A program made the translations under genes and the position numbers. From contig CAXBGV010000001.1 in assembly GCA_963975235.1 (NCBI GenBank), forward strand, positions 1 through 63,578: a stretch of 63,578 nt of DNA, in the 5' to 3' direction. The notes beneath the pieces were generated by a model, which was not told where the DNA came from, ran no database searches, and was given only the letters and a program-made list of their open reading frames with translations. Shown here in pieces: positions 49,951 through 60,515 of this stretch; position 1 is the stretch's first letter; each line of letters begins with the position of its first letter. Origin of the DNA: an uncultured Flavobacterium sp. GTDB taxonomy: Bacteria > Bacteroidota > Bacteroidia > Flavobacteriales > Flavobacteriaceae.

Positions 49951-50979
49951 ATGAGCAAAACAATTTTAATTGTAGGTGGCACGGGCTTGATAGGTAAAAC
50001 CATTTATAAAATGATTTCTGACAGAAATCCAGATCTGAAAATCCTCATTGGATCCCGAAAAAAACATACCCTTAAAAATCATCTGCAATTAGATGTTAAC
50101 GATTTGAAAACTTTTGATATATTAGAAAATCAGCACATAAATCTGATTGTAGCTTGCACTAAGGACCCGCAAAACAATATCCTTAATTACAGTATAAAAA
50201 AGGGTATTGATTACATCGATATTACGAAGCCTTCTTCAGAACTTCACGAAGCACACTATTCCATTAAAAATAGCCTTATAAAAAGTAAAATTGTTTTTAG
50301 TTCAGGCTGGATGGCTGGCATCACACCACTGCTAGTATATGCAACTGGAATTTTGCCAAACGAATTAGAAAAAATAAAAATCATCGTTTATTATTCAACT
50401 AAAGATAAAGCAGGAGGCAGTTCAGCCGATTTTATGGCTAAAAATGTGAGTACACCATTTACTTTTTACCAAAATAATTTAGCAATTAAAACAAAACATT
50501 TTAGGAATGGGGAAAATTATGTTTTTGACTTTGATAATCAAACCAGAAAAATTTTTGATTTCGATATTCCAGATTTGTATATTTTTAATAAAATAGAAAA
50601 AATACCAGTCGTAAATGCTAAACTAACTTTCGATTCAAAGCTAATTACATCGGCTTTGGCAATCATGCAAAAAATTAGTTTTTTCAACATTTTAAGTTTT
50701 AGAGAAAAGAAATGGATTTTTGGAGGTAGTGGCTCCGGTGATATTACCGCTTTTGAGGTTTTATACAAAGAATACAATTTCCTAGAAAAAAAGATTACTT
50801 TGAAATCCGAGAAAGGTCAGTCGCAACTGACAGCATTTTCAACCGTACTTCACGTAGAAAAAATGTTAGAAGATACTAATCCTAATGACATTTATTTTAG
50901 CCATCAATTACACCAGCCTAAGCATTTTATTAGTTTATTAAATTCAAACAGCTCCATCTCGACAACATACTATGAATAA
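49951..50979 (+). CDS. Saccharopine dehydrogenase-like NAD(P)-binding oxidoreductase
   Basis: 342 aa; ILIVGGTGLIG Rossmann motif, YIDIT, SGWMAG. Confidence 0.8.
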   Translation: MSKTILIVGGTGLIGKTIYKMISDRNPDLKILIGSRKKHTLKNHLQLDVNDLKTFDILENQHINLIVACTKDPQNNILNYSIKKGIDYIDITKPSSELHEAHYSIKNSLIKSKIVFSSGWMAGITPLLVYATGILPNELEKIKIIVYYSTKDKAGGSSADFMAKNVSTPFTFYQNNLAIKTKHFRNGENYVFDFDNQTRKIFDFDIPDLYIFNKIEKIPVVNAKLTFDSKLITSALAIMQKISFFNILSFREKKWIFGGSGSGDITAFEVLYKEYNFLEKKITLKSEKGQSQLTAFSTVLHVEKMLEDTNPNDIYFSHQLHQPKHFISLLNSNSSISTTYYE

Positions 50980-51550
50980 AATTTTAATAATTAACGGCCA
51001 TCCAAACAAAAATAGTTTTTGTTTTGGTATAGTGGATGCCTATAAAAAAGGGGCAAAAATAGCTGGAGCAGAGGTCCAAGAAATAATTATTTCAGAACTA
51101 CATTTTAATGTGAATCTACAATTTGGTTACCAACAAAGGACTGAACTAGAACCCGATTTGACAGAAGCTTGGGGAAAAATTAAATGGGCTGAACATATAG
51201 TTTGGGTTCATCCAGTTTGGTGGGGTGGACTTCCTGCAATTACTAAGGGATTCATTGACCGACTTTTTTTACCTGGTTTTGCATTTCAATACAAGGAAAA
51301 TTCTGTGTGGTGGGACAAGTTGCTCAAAGGCAAAACGGCACATATTATTACAACTATTGACCAACCAAGTTGGTACTATTGGCTTTTGTATGGACGTCCA
51401 AGTGTTAATCAACTTAAAAAATCAACCTTGGAATTTTGTGGAGTAAAGCCAGTAAAAGTGACGTATTTTGGAATTGTAAAAACTTCGACGACCGAATCAA
51501 GAAAAAAGTGGCTAGACAAAGTAGAAGAATTGGGAAGAAGACAAAAGTGA
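50972..51550 (+). CDS. NAD(P)H-dependent flavodoxin-fold oxidoreductase
   Basis: 192 aa; INGHPNKNSF, PVWWGGLPA..KGFIDR. Confidence 0.92.
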   Translation: MNKILIINGHPNKNSFCFGIVDAYKKGAKIAGAEVQEIIISELHFNVNLQFGYQQRTELEPDLTEAWGKIKWAEHIVWVHPVWWGGLPAITKGFIDRLFLPGFAFQYKENSVWWDKLLKGKTAHIITTIDQPSWYYWLLYGRPSVNQLKKSTLEFCGVKPVKVTYFGIVKTSTTESRKKWLDKVEELGRRQK

Positions 51551-51644
51551 AAATTATAGGTCAAAAATCACAAAACCACTAACAAACTGAACATTTGTAC
51601 TTCTAATTTCTGTCTTCGCTAAGCTGAAAACTGTCTAAAAACTC

Positions 51645-51853
51645 CGTGAACAAGGTTATATGATTTCGGCTATGCTTTTAGCCATGGAATTTGGGTAAAT
51701 AATATTGGACTAAAACGTATTCGGGCAATAACGACTAAGGAAAATGATAAATTAGTAAAACTCTTTGAAAAACTTAACTTTATTAAAATTACAGATTTGG
51801 ATGATAATGAAATTAAATACGAATTAAGGCTGAATGTAAATTTAACCAAATAA
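51645..51853 (+). pseudogene. Frameshifted C-terminal fragment of a GNAT (RimJ-like) acetyltransferase
   Basis: REQGYMISAMLLAMEFG / NNIGLKRIRAITTKENDKLVKLFEKLNF in two frames. Confidence 0.55.
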
Positions 51854-51956
51854 GTGAAATAAATCCCAATTACTGAATTGCATTCTGCAAACTCCAATGA
51901 AGTACTATAAAAATATTTTTTGAGAATAATAATATAAAAACATTTTGTAAAAAAAG

Positions 51957-51978
51957 AAAGGGCTGGAAAGCCCTTTTT
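51957..51978. terminator. Intrinsic terminator
   Basis: AAAGGGCT-GGAA-AGCCCTTTTT. Confidence 0.7.
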
Positions 51979-52284
51979 AATATCCTAAAGTCAATAGAAA
52001 TTCATAGAATTTGATATTGTTGGAGTTATAAATGACTTCCGCTTCTTTTCACTTTGGATATAGAAGAGTATTGATGGAAGGAAAGAAAAGTGCGATACCT
52101 AATCACTAACAAAACTGTTTATAAACATATAGAATCAGACTTAATATAAAAGGAATGAGCTCTGTACAGTAGTTAGCTCATTCAGAAAGTATTAATTAAT
52201 TTAAATGCCTAACTTTTTGGGTCCATGCACATTTTTAATATATCTCTTTTAGTTCTGAATTTCATAGGCGACATTAAATTGCCG

Positions 52285-53361
52285 TTAAGCAGGAAACTTT
52301 CTTGTCCTACGCTTCTTAGAAAGATATATCCTAAAGCCAGTGATATACAATGTAATGGGAATAAATCCTGCGATAAAAACAAGAATCCTACCAAATATCC
52401 CTGCAATTTCACCAATGTGTACAGGGTAAAATTGTGATGCTACACGGTTGCTAGTAGCATCATTCCTATAATCTGTTAAAGAGACTGTTTTTAGGTTTGT
52501 GCTGACCGCCAGTTCTTTGGTTTTTCTAAGTCCTTGCGTTTTAAATCTACTCTCAATATATCTAAACCGATAGTTGTCATTTGCATCTTTAGGATAGTAA
52601 ATGGCACGCAAGTGATAACTTTTATCGGAATCTAATAAAACCGCTGCAAAGGATGAGGGATTCTTATTTTGTGTTTCTTGTTTAAGAATTGTTTTACTAT
52701 CTAGCACTGATAGCGCCTTTTTATAATAGGAATTATACGTAAAATAGGCACCTGTAAAGGAAATTGTCAAAAGTGGGATAAAAAAGCTAACGCCCAATAC
52801 TTTGTGAAGATCAAAATTAAATTTCTTTTTCTTACTCTTCCATTTAATTTTAAACCCGTTTTTAAGAGTAGTATTATAGGTTTTGTACCAAATATAAATA
52901 CCCGAAAGCAATATCAATAGAAGGAAAATAATGGTACTTGTTCCAGTCACATACTTGCCTATTTTTGGAATTAAAAGAGTACGGTGAAATTTTAACAAAT
53001 CTTCAAAAAACACAATTGAAGCTGAATTCTCTCCTAAAAACTGCCCATTTTCTGAATTATAATAATTGGTTTTCCCGTTTTTATATTCAATAGAAATTGT
53101 TTGCTGCTCTCTATATGGTAGAAACATTTTGCTAATACTATCCGAGTGCGTCGTTGTTAAAGAGGATGCCGTTTTTAAAAAAACGGCATCCTCTAAACTA
53201 TCTATGTTTTTCATCGTTAATAGCTCAGGGTTAAGTGCCGCGCTGATTTCTGGTTGCCATACGTACATAGCACCAGAAATGCCAGAAATCGAAGCAACTA
53301 AACCGCATGTAATACCTACCCAAAGATGAATTTTACGCACTATATTCCCTAAAGCCATCAA
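52285..53361 (-). CDS. PepSY-associated TM helix protein (iron uptake or reduction)
   Basis: 358 aa; RKIHLWVG, FHRTL, DLHKVLG, PVHIGEIAG conserved His motifs. Confidence 0.9.
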   Translation of the reverse strand: MMALGNIVRKIHLWVGITCGLVASISGISGAMYVWQPEISAALNPELLTMKNIDSLEDAVFLKTASSLTTTHSDSISKMFLPYREQQTISIEYKNGKTNYYNSENGQFLGENSASIVFFEDLLKFHRTLLIPKIGKYVTGTSTIIFLLLILLSGIYIWYKTYNTTLKNGFKIKWKSKKKKFNFDLHKVLGVSFFIPLLTISFTGAYFTYNSYYKKALSVLDSKTILKQETQNKNPSSFAAVLLDSDKSYHLRAIYYPKDANDNYRFRYIESRFKTQGLRKTKELAVSTNLKTVSLTDYRNDATSNRVASQFYPVHIGEIAGIFGRILVFIAGFIPITLYITGFRIYLSKKRRTRKFPA

Positions 53362-53368
53362 ACAGAAA

Positions 53369-55756
53369 TTAAAAATTATATTGTAAACTTACTTTAGCGT
53401 TAGCGCCTTCGCCAGCTCCTGTAAATGTTTTTAATGGGGATGCCCATTGCGATCTTGCAGGAAGATAATACTCGTTTAACAAGTTATTTACCGCTAAGGA
53501 CACAGACAAGTTAGGTTCTAATTGGTAAGCCAAAGAAAGATTAACTAAGGTATAACCACTTACTGGAAATTCAGTATGTCTATATTCATATTTGTTAGTG
53601 TTTACATTTAAAAAAGGATCAAATCTTTCTCTGTCTCCCGAATTGGTAACTCTAATAGAAGTACTTAATTTTTGTATCGGTTTCCAGTTTGCATACACAG
53701 TCAATTTTGGTGCAGAAATTACATCACCTCCCAAATAGCTTAAGTTATTTTCGTCTCCTACATTATATTTGGTACCTTCAACATACGAATAGGAGGTTCC
53801 AAATTGCCATTTATCGTTTGACGTAAAATAATCTATAGCAACCTCTCCGCCATAAATACGTTGTGGTTGTTTAGAAGGTTGGAATGTATTTAACTCATCA
53901 ACAAAAACAATTCCCGTACCCAAACTAGAGGTGCTGTAATACCCAACAGCCTCAAACTTCAGGTTATTAAATTTAGATAAAAAACCAAATTCATAGTTTT
54001 TAGTCACCGCAGGTTCTAACTGAATATCATTAATATTACTTGCTGTTGCAGAACGCAATACAGAACCTAAATCTGCAATTGAAAAACCTTGTGAGTAACT
54101 TATATATGGTATAAATTCTTGATGCTCAATATAGCGTACACCAAAATTAAAGGCGAGATTATTAAAGTTTAATTTACCACCTTGTACGTCTACAGACGGG
54201 CTAAAGTTACCATCACTCTTGCCGGAATACGGTAAAGTACTATAATCAACAATATCCATATTAATATCATCATAACGTAAACCTGTTTTAACAACCCATT
54301 TTTCATTAAATTTAAGGGTAGATTGTGCGTAAGGCGCCCAGCTAATCATTTCGATATTAGGCACCCATAACCTACCATCTAATAGCCCTTGATTGGTTTT
54401 ATCTCTAAGTAAATCTACACCATACGTAAGTGTAATATCTGCCGCCTTGTTGTCTGACAACTTCGTGATAAAATTGGGTCTTAACCCATATTTTTCTGCG
54501 TTTATTACAGATTGACCTCCGTTTTCAAACTTATCAGAATAAAAGAAAATGTTCTCCGTATTTTGGTAATACAAATCAGTTTGAAAGTCTGTAGTTTCAG
54601 AAAATATATTGTTTAAATTATATGTCAATTGTCCATTTCCAAGGATTGAACCGTTAGCTTTTTCTCCCGCAATAGTCCCTTTTTCACCATATCCAGCTGT
54701 TATAGAATAATCTCCTTCTTTATTAAAAACTTCAACTTTTGCAGCTACAGGAATAAATGGAGAGTTTTGCACCGATTTATAAAAATTACCTCCTAGGGAT
54801 ATTTTTTGATTTTCAGTTAATTGATACTCAATCTTTCCTAAAGTACTGTATATTTTAGAATTATCAAATCCATAGGTTGGTAAAAGAGGAATACCTTTAG
54901 CATCATATTTATTGCCCGTTTTTTCATAACTCCCGCTAATATAATAACTGAATTTATCTAAATTCCCTTTAAAGGATTGGTAACCCCCAAATCCTAATGC
55001 GTCTTTTGTTTCTGCTACATTAGATGTACCCCAAACATTGGTGGAGCCTTCAAATTTTTTGATAGAATTAGGTTTTTTAGTAATGTAATTAATAAAACCG
55101 CCGTTACCACCGTTACCAAAAATAGAAGTAGCTCCTTTTATAACCTCCACGCGACTAATATCATTAGGAGTAATTGATTTTATTCCTAATTGTCCGTTTC
55201 TTAAAGGTGAAGATTGCGGAATACCGTCAACCATAACTAGTAAAGATCGCCCACGTAATGTTTGTCCCCAGTTAGAAAAAGTACCTGAAGACATCGCTAA
55301 ACCTGGCACTGTAAATTCTAGTATTTCACTAATATTTGAAGTAGATTTAGCAAACTCTTGCAATTTAGCTTGTCCAACTACTGTTACAGAAGCTGGAATT
55401 TCTGATAAATATTCAGAGTGCCTGCTGGCAGAAATTACAACTTCATCTAAGCGGCTTATATCATCTGATAAAGTAACATTGTATACTACTGAACTAGTAC
55501 CATCAAACGTAAAGCTTTTGATTCTAGTTTGGTAACCAAGCATTTCAATCCTAGCTGAATAAGTTCCCTCTTTTATGTTAGACAACAAATAATCTCCAGA
55601 AACATCTGTAGTTGTACTATTTCCTGTTTCTTTAATTTGCACAGTCGCCCCGATGACTGCTTGATTATTTTGATCTGTAATTTTACCCTTTAGATTTGAT
55701 TGCGAAAATGCCTGAACTGATAGAAGTGCAGCAGCAATTAAAATAATAATTTTCAT
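53369..55756 (-). CDS. TonB-dependent siderophore receptor (IutA-like)
   Basis: 795 aa; signal peptide, N-terminal carboxypeptidase-like domain, LRGR..LVMVDGIPQS, RVEVIKGA plug, terminal YNF. Confidence 0.9.
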   Translation of the reverse strand: MKIIILIAAALLSVQAFSQSNLKGKITDQNNQAVIGATVQIKETGNSTTTDVSGDYLLSNIKEGTYSARIEMLGYQTRIKSFTFDGTSSVVYNVTLSDDISRLDEVVISASRHSEYLSEIPASVTVVGQAKLQEFAKSTSNISEILEFTVPGLAMSSGTFSNWGQTLRGRSLLVMVDGIPQSSPLRNGQLGIKSITPNDISRVEVIKGATSIFGNGGNGGFINYITKKPNSIKKFEGSTNVWGTSNVAETKDALGFGGYQSFKGNLDKFSYYISGSYEKTGNKYDAKGIPLLPTYGFDNSKIYSTLGKIEYQLTENQKISLGGNFYKSVQNSPFIPVAAKVEVFNKEGDYSITAGYGEKGTIAGEKANGSILGNGQLTYNLNNIFSETTDFQTDLYYQNTENIFFYSDKFENGGQSVINAEKYGLRPNFITKLSDNKAADITLTYGVDLLRDKTNQGLLDGRLWVPNIEMISWAPYAQSTLKFNEKWVVKTGLRYDDINMDIVDYSTLPYSGKSDGNFSPSVDVQGGKLNFNNLAFNFGVRYIEHQEFIPYISYSQGFSIADLGSVLRSATASNINDIQLEPAVTKNYEFGFLSKFNNLKFEAVGYYSTSSLGTGIVFVDELNTFQPSKQPQRIYGGEVAIDYFTSNDKWQFGTSYSYVEGTKYNVGDENNLSYLGGDVISAPKLTVYANWKPIQKLSTSIRVTNSGDRERFDPFLNVNTNKYEYRHTEFPVSGYTLVNLSLAYQLEPNLSVSLAVNNLLNEYYLPARSQWASPLKTFTGAGEGANAKVSLQYNF

Positions 55757-55762
55757 TTTATT

Positions 55763-55788
55763 CTTATTTAGATTAATTAAATATAAAG
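55763..55788. promoter_or_regulatory. Candidate iron-responsive (Fur-type) box
   Basis: AT-rich imperfect palindrome CTTATTTAGATTAATTAAATATAAAG just upstream of the receptor start. Confidence 0.45.
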
Positions 55789-55845
55789 CGCGAAAGTAAA
55801 ACTAAAAAGAAAGTTAGCAAAGTAAAATTAAGTTTATTTTAAGAA

Positions 55846-56156
55846 ATGTATGATTATAGGCTAAGTCCAGCTTATGATCTGTTGAATAGCCGTATTCATA
55901 TAGACAATAAAGAATTTGCGTTGGATGATGGACTATTACCTGAAAATTTAGATCAAGGAAAAGTAAGGCGACAGTTTTTTGTCTTTGCGGTGCATATAGG
56001 CATCAGTGAGAAAAACTTTAATGACATCATGGAGTTGCGTTATCACAGTCAGAAAAGGTAGAAAAAGTGTTAGCTGCTTCTTTCCTAAACGACGCTACTA
56101 AGAGAAATTTTTGGCAGTCTTACCATGGCCGGCTAAAACAGTTAAAGAAAGGATAA
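55846..56156 (+). pseudogene. C-terminal remnant of a HipA-family kinase toxin
   Basis: YRLSPAYDLLN HipA motif; N-terminus missing; reading continues in another frame to a stop at 56156. Confidence 0.7.
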
Positions 56157-56252
56157 GCTTTCTATATAGTAATATGTACCACAAAATATAGAAAAGTGCT
56201 GCTGGTATTTGTTGAACTAGGGCTCCTAAAATTTAATTGGCATGATAAACCT

Positions 56253-56291
56253 AAAAACCTCGTTTAAAAAGATTTAAACGAGGTTTTTTTT
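56253..56291. terminator. Bidirectional intrinsic terminator
   Basis: AAAAACCTCGTTTAAA-AAGA-TTTAAACGAGGTTTTT. Confidence 0.85.
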
Positions 56292-56300
56292 AGGGAAATA

Positions 56301-56477
56301 TTATTTTTTAGATTCTTCCACAGAAACTTTTCTAAACTCTTTTAATAGTTTCTCTAGCTCTAGAGTTGCTTTACGAGCTCTTGCTCCAGCTGCTTTAACA
56401 CCTTTTTCAGTTAGTGATTCAGATTCGGTTTTAAATGTTTCAAATTCTGCGTTGATTTTTTCGATTAAATCTTTCAT
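56301..56477 (-). CDS. Histone H1-like (Hc1-type) small DNA-binding protein, absent from the ORF track
   Basis: 58 aa MKDLIEKINAEFETFKTESESLTEKGVKAAGARARKATLELEKLLKEFRKVSVEESKK; KAAGARARK motif. Confidence 0.85.
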   Translation of the reverse strand: MKDLIEKINAEFETFKTESESLTEKGVKAAGARARKATLELEKLLKEFRKVSVEESKK

Positions 56478-56566
56478 GATATTTTTTTATAAATTTAAGA
56501 GGTAAAAATAGTAATTTATGCTCTCGTTAGACGACGTAGAGTGTAAAATTTGAGTTGTTCTCTTGT

Positions 56567-58252
56567 TTATGTTACGACTTTCTTTTCTTCTTTTTTAAGT
56601 TGTGCGATATAGAAAGCTGCAGGCATATTAGCTCTTGCCTTAAAAGCATTCGCAAAACGTTGGGTAGAACTAAAGCCGATTTCTTCAGCCAGTGCTTTAT
56701 TTGTATACTGTTGTAGAAGTTTACTTTCTTTAAGAGCGTTGATCAGATAGTCAATTTTCAAGTCATTAACGTAGGTAACAAACTTCTTATGGCGGTGATG
56801 GTAAACAACAAGAGAAAGATATTTAGTATTGGAGTTAAAAGTAGCGGCTAGTTTTACTAAGGTTATTTCTTTATCTAGGAACTTCTTTCCTTGTTCCCAT
56901 TTTTCTAATTGCCTAATTAATTCAGTAACCGCTGCAGCATTGATGTCAGCTATTCCAGTATGTTGTATTGGGGTGATTTCTTTTATAGGCTCGAAGCTTT
57001 TATTCATCAGTGCGTCATAATTTTTTTTGTACGTACTTTTGATTTTAAAGTTGCGATAGCTTACAAAAAGAAGGGTTAAGAATATTAGTGTTACAAGGAC
57101 AATAAAAATTAAGTTGTTGGATTTTTGTCCATTTACTTGTGACTCTAATTTTTGTTTTTCAATCAAAATGTTCTTATTATCATATTCCTTGCTCACTTTG
57201 GATATGAGGTAACTGTTAGTTTCAAGGAGCAAATGATCTGCTTTAAGTAGTTGGTCTATATAATACAAATGTAGCCTGTCCTCTTTTTTTGTTTTGTAGT
57301 AGTTGATTAATAATACAAAAGTTTCTAATAAATCTCGTCTTATAAATTGTTTGCTGTTTAGAGTCTGGTCTACTTTTTTAAAATAAGGGATGGCAGTTTC
57401 ATATTTTTTAAGTTCCCAATAACTTTTCCCAATGTAAAAATTCCCTACAGCCTCATTGGCAAAATCGTTATTACTTTCTATTTCAGGCATTGTACTTTTT
57501 AAATTAGTAATAGCCTTTTGGTAATTATGTAGAAAATATTGGTTCACACCTTCTGAGTGCTGAAAATAAACGGTCATTTCTGGACTAGCACGCTTTGCGC
57601 TTTCTTTGATTCCCTCCTCGTTAGTTATGGAGCACAAGCCATAATTCCCCACTTTATTATAAGACAGTCCCAGTGAATGGAGTGAATTCAGATATGCTCT
57701 GTCATGATTCTTTTTATAGTAGTTTACACATTGTCTCAATAAAGAGATGGCTTCGTCATAAAACCCCATGTTGTTCTTCAGCTGAGCAATGTTGTATTTT
57801 ACTTTATAAATCAGGTATTGATCATTTGTTTTAGCTATATACTCGTTAGCAATTAGATATTCATCTAACGCCTCTTTGTATTTCTTATTGGAAAACAAAA
57901 CTATTCCTTTGGTTAAGAATGCACTACCTATTGCAGCATTATCTTTTGACCTCTTTGCTGCATATACCATGCTGTCAGCGTAAATTATCCGCATCGATGA
58001 AGGGGACAAGTGCATTAAGTTTTGATAGCCGTTTTTAAGCTCCTGCCAGTTGTGTTCCCTTTTCGCTTTTTTGATATAAGTAAATAAGTATATAGCAGCT
58101 CTGGTACTGTCATTTTTAAACTGATCTATTCGGTCTTCCAAATAACCAAAATCTTTATTTTGAATGGAGTCTGGAACTTTTAACGAGGTATTCTGAGATT
58201 GTATCCACATGGGTACAAATAACATTAGTATAAAAAATGGCTTCATAAACAC
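56567..58252 (-). CDS. Transmembrane TPR-AraC one-component regulator
   Basis: 561 aa; signal peptide, TPR repeats, TM helix at ~381-399, C-terminal AraC HTH (NSNTKYLS, ALAEEIGFS). Confidence 0.88.
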   Translation of the reverse strand: MFMKPFFILMLFVPMWIQSQNTSLKVPDSIQNKDFGYLEDRIDQFKNDSTRAAIYLFTYIKKAKREHNWQELKNGYQNLMHLSPSSMRIIYADSMVYAAKRSKDNAAIGSAFLTKGIVLFSNKKYKEALDEYLIANEYIAKTNDQYLIYKVKYNIAQLKNNMGFYDEAISLLRQCVNYYKKNHDRAYLNSLHSLGLSYNKVGNYGLCSITNEEGIKESAKRASPEMTVYFQHSEGVNQYFLHNYQKAITNLKSTMPEIESNNDFANEAVGNFYIGKSYWELKKYETAIPYFKKVDQTLNSKQFIRRDLLETFVLLINYYKTKKEDRLHLYYIDQLLKADHLLLETNSYLISKVSKEYDNKNILIEKQKLESQVNGQKSNNLIFIVLVTLIFLTLLFVSYRNFKIKSTYKKNYDALMNKSFEPIKEITPIQHTGIADINAAAVTELIRQLEKWEQGKKFLDKEITLVKLAATFNSNTKYLSLVVYHHRHKKFVTYVNDLKIDYLINALKESKLLQQYTNKALAEEIGFSSTQRFANAFKARANMPAAFYIAQLKKEEKKVVT

Positions 58253-58387
58253 ATCAATTAAATTTTGGGTAGTTGCGAAACACTCCTTGTGTATTAAGAT
58301 ATAGATACTGGAATCTTTTCCACAAAGTAGATTTCAAAAATACTATAATCTGTTGGTAAATAGTGCTTTATTGGTTTAAAAAAACTG

Positions 58388-58472
58388 TATGGATTTCGTG
58401 AAAATCCATAGTTATTATCGTGAAAAACCACCACTATAGTGTTGCACAGGGACTTTAGAGCATATAGATTTG
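58388..58472 (+). promoter_or_regulatory. Promoter with direct and inverted repeats between the TPR-AraC gene and the lipoprotein operon
   Basis: TCGTGAAAA(T/A)CCA at 58396 and 58418; TATGGATTT/AAATCCATA inverted repeat; TAGATTTG -7 box at 58465. Confidence 0.55.
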
Positions 58473-58580
58473 TTTCGAATTCAAAAGCAAAAAGTTTAGC
58501 ATCGTGCTAAATAAAGGTTCTGCTTACCCGGGTAAATGAACAGAGAAATTATTCTCAGTCACATTTTATAACTTATAATT

Positions 58581-59276
58581 ATGAAAAATTTATTTTTAGG
58601 TTTGCTTGTTGTTTTAGTAATGATTTCCTGCTCTACTGATGAATATGGAAATACAGTTGAAGAAGTTAGCAGTGTTTCTGTTCAAGCAGGAGTATCGCAA
58701 AAATTGGGTCCAGCAAATGATGCTAACCCTTACGATGAAGTTGGAAAAAAATATGGTATTTGGCTTTCGGACTACTATGAGATTCATGGATATTCTAACA
58801 CTATTCAAGATTTAGCGACTCAAGTAAATTATATGGAAGCAAAGTTGAAGGCTCCCGATGTTTTTGGTAAAAGCAATATATTGATTACGGAAGACGGTAT
58901 TAGTATTAGTATAAATAATCCTGAAACTTTGGTTACATCAACACTAGCTGCAGGTACATTGAGCGAAGCGGCAGAAAGTAGTTTACTCGATTTTTTTATC
59001 TCTCTCATTCAAAACAGAGAAGCAGAGTATAGTCTATTGTATGATTTCATTACTACATATGAAGCTAGCATAATGGACTCTTCTAATCTAACAGGCCACG
59101 AACGGGAAACAATTTTAGGAATCACCTCAGTTACCAGATATGCACTTGATGCAGAAGGAGGACATAAAGATCGAGATTGGGAAATTTCCGTTGGAAACAA
59201 AAATGTAGCGTCACGATTTCATCCTTTTCAGGCCTCAGTTTTTTCTGTAATTATCCATCTACATTATTACTTATAA
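58581..59276 (+). CDS. Hypothetical lipoprotein
   Basis: 231 aa; lipobox MISC, PANDANPYD, KDRDWE motifs. Confidence 0.8.
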   Translation: MKNLFLGLLVVLVMISCSTDEYGNTVEEVSSVSVQAGVSQKLGPANDANPYDEVGKKYGIWLSDYYEIHGYSNTIQDLATQVNYMEAKLKAPDVFGKSNILITEDGISISINNPETLVTSTLAAGTLSEAAESSLLDFFISLIQNREAEYSLLYDFITTYEASIMDSSNLTGHERETILGITSVTRYALDAEGGHKDRDWEISVGNKNVASRFHPFQASVFSVIIHLHYYL

Positions 59277-59301
59277 TCAGTTAGTCTTTTTATAACAAAA
59301 A

Positions 59302-59526
59302 ATGACCTTGTTATTGATGAAACTACCCAATTACTTTTGTTTAGTGTTGGTTATATTTAACCTCATTAGTCTCTATTTCATTATAGATTTATTAAGCTAT
59401 GATGAAATAGTTGGCTATTGGTTTAGCGGTAGTAAGAAAAATACGCGTACTCATACGATGGGGTATTTACTTTTTGTAGCAACCCTAATGAATCTGTATT
59501 TTATTTTTTTGATTGTAGTCGAATAA
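59302..59526 (+). CDS. Small two-TM membrane protein
   Basis: 74 aa with two hydrophobic segments, in operon orientation. Confidence 0.5.
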   Translation: MTLLLMKLPNYFCLVLVIFNLISLYFIIDLLSYDEIVGYWFSGSKKNTRTHTMGYLLFVATLMNLYFIFLIVVE

Positions 59527-59592
59527 TCAAACGAGAACGATTAGTGGGACTTTAATTTGACAGCATTCTTTTTTACTTGAAACGAGTGAATT

Positions 59593-60465
59593 ATGATAAT
59601 GACTTTACTACATATCGATTTAAACGAACTTCCTGTTAGAGGCCTAGATGTTCAAATTCTAAAAGACTGTACGCTTAAAAAAGAGAGCGATGAAGGATTC
59701 CTAATAAATAATACAGTTGTACTACTTATAAAATCAGGTAGTCTTAGAATTTTATTTCAAGGTGTTTTTTTGGAATTGTTCGCTCATGATTTAGTTGTAC
59801 TTTCTAAAGGAGCACCTTTAGCAATTTTAGGCGCGGATCCTCAGCTAAAACTTTTCTACCTTTCGTTCAGTACAGCCTTTGCGATAGAAAATTGTAATAA
59901 GAGGGCGCTTCTTGATGCTTTTTATTTTCTTAGTGGTAAAAGTGTTGAAAAGGTGAGTTTAGATCTCAAAAGTTCTTTGGTGATATCGCTAATCTACAAG
60001 TTGATGTATCAAGTGAATAGTGATAGAGCAATTCGGTATGTAGCAACGGAGTTACAGCGAATTAGTTTTAATCTCTTTTTATATGAACTCCGTTGCATTT
60101 ATGGACATTTTGTGAGTGACTACCACTTGAATTTTACAAGAAATGAAAATTTGACCATTCAATTTTTAAATATTCTCGCCGTACATTTTAAAGAGCAGCA
60201 CAACGTAAAATTTTATGCAGGTGTTTTATATGTAACCCCTGGTCATCTCAATAAGGTAGTTAAACATACTACAGGGAAGTCAGTAAAAAGAATCCTTGAA
60301 GAAACCCTTATCATGGAGGCGAAAAATGCACTTGAAGACGACCAAATTACAATAAATTTCTTGTCAGAATATTTGGGATTCAACTGTCCTTCCGCTTTTA
60401 GTACCTTTTTTAAAAAGCATGTTGGAAAATCACCGACGGTCTACCGAAGCAGTATAAGCAAGTAG
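59593..60465 (+). CDS. AraC-family transcriptional regulator
   Basis: 290 aa; VKFYAGVLYVTPGHLNKVVK, LGFNCPSAFSTFFKKHVGKSP. Confidence 0.92.
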   Translation: MIMTLLHIDLNELPVRGLDVQILKDCTLKKESDEGFLINNTVVLLIKSGSLRILFQGVFLELFAHDLVVLSKGAPLAILGADPQLKLFYLSFSTAFAIENCNKRALLDAFYFLSGKSVEKVSLDLKSSLVISLIYKLMYQVNSDRAIRYVATELQRISFNLFLYELRCIYGHFVSDYHLNFTRNENLTIQFLNILAVHFKEQHNVKFYAGVLYVTPGHLNKVVKHTTGKSVKRILEETLIMEAKNALEDDQITINFLSEYLGFNCPSAFSTFFKKHVGKSPTVYRSSISK

Positions 60466-60515
60466 ATCTATTTCTCCCCAATCAATTGTTTTTCAAAACC
60501 AATAAAAACAATTCT

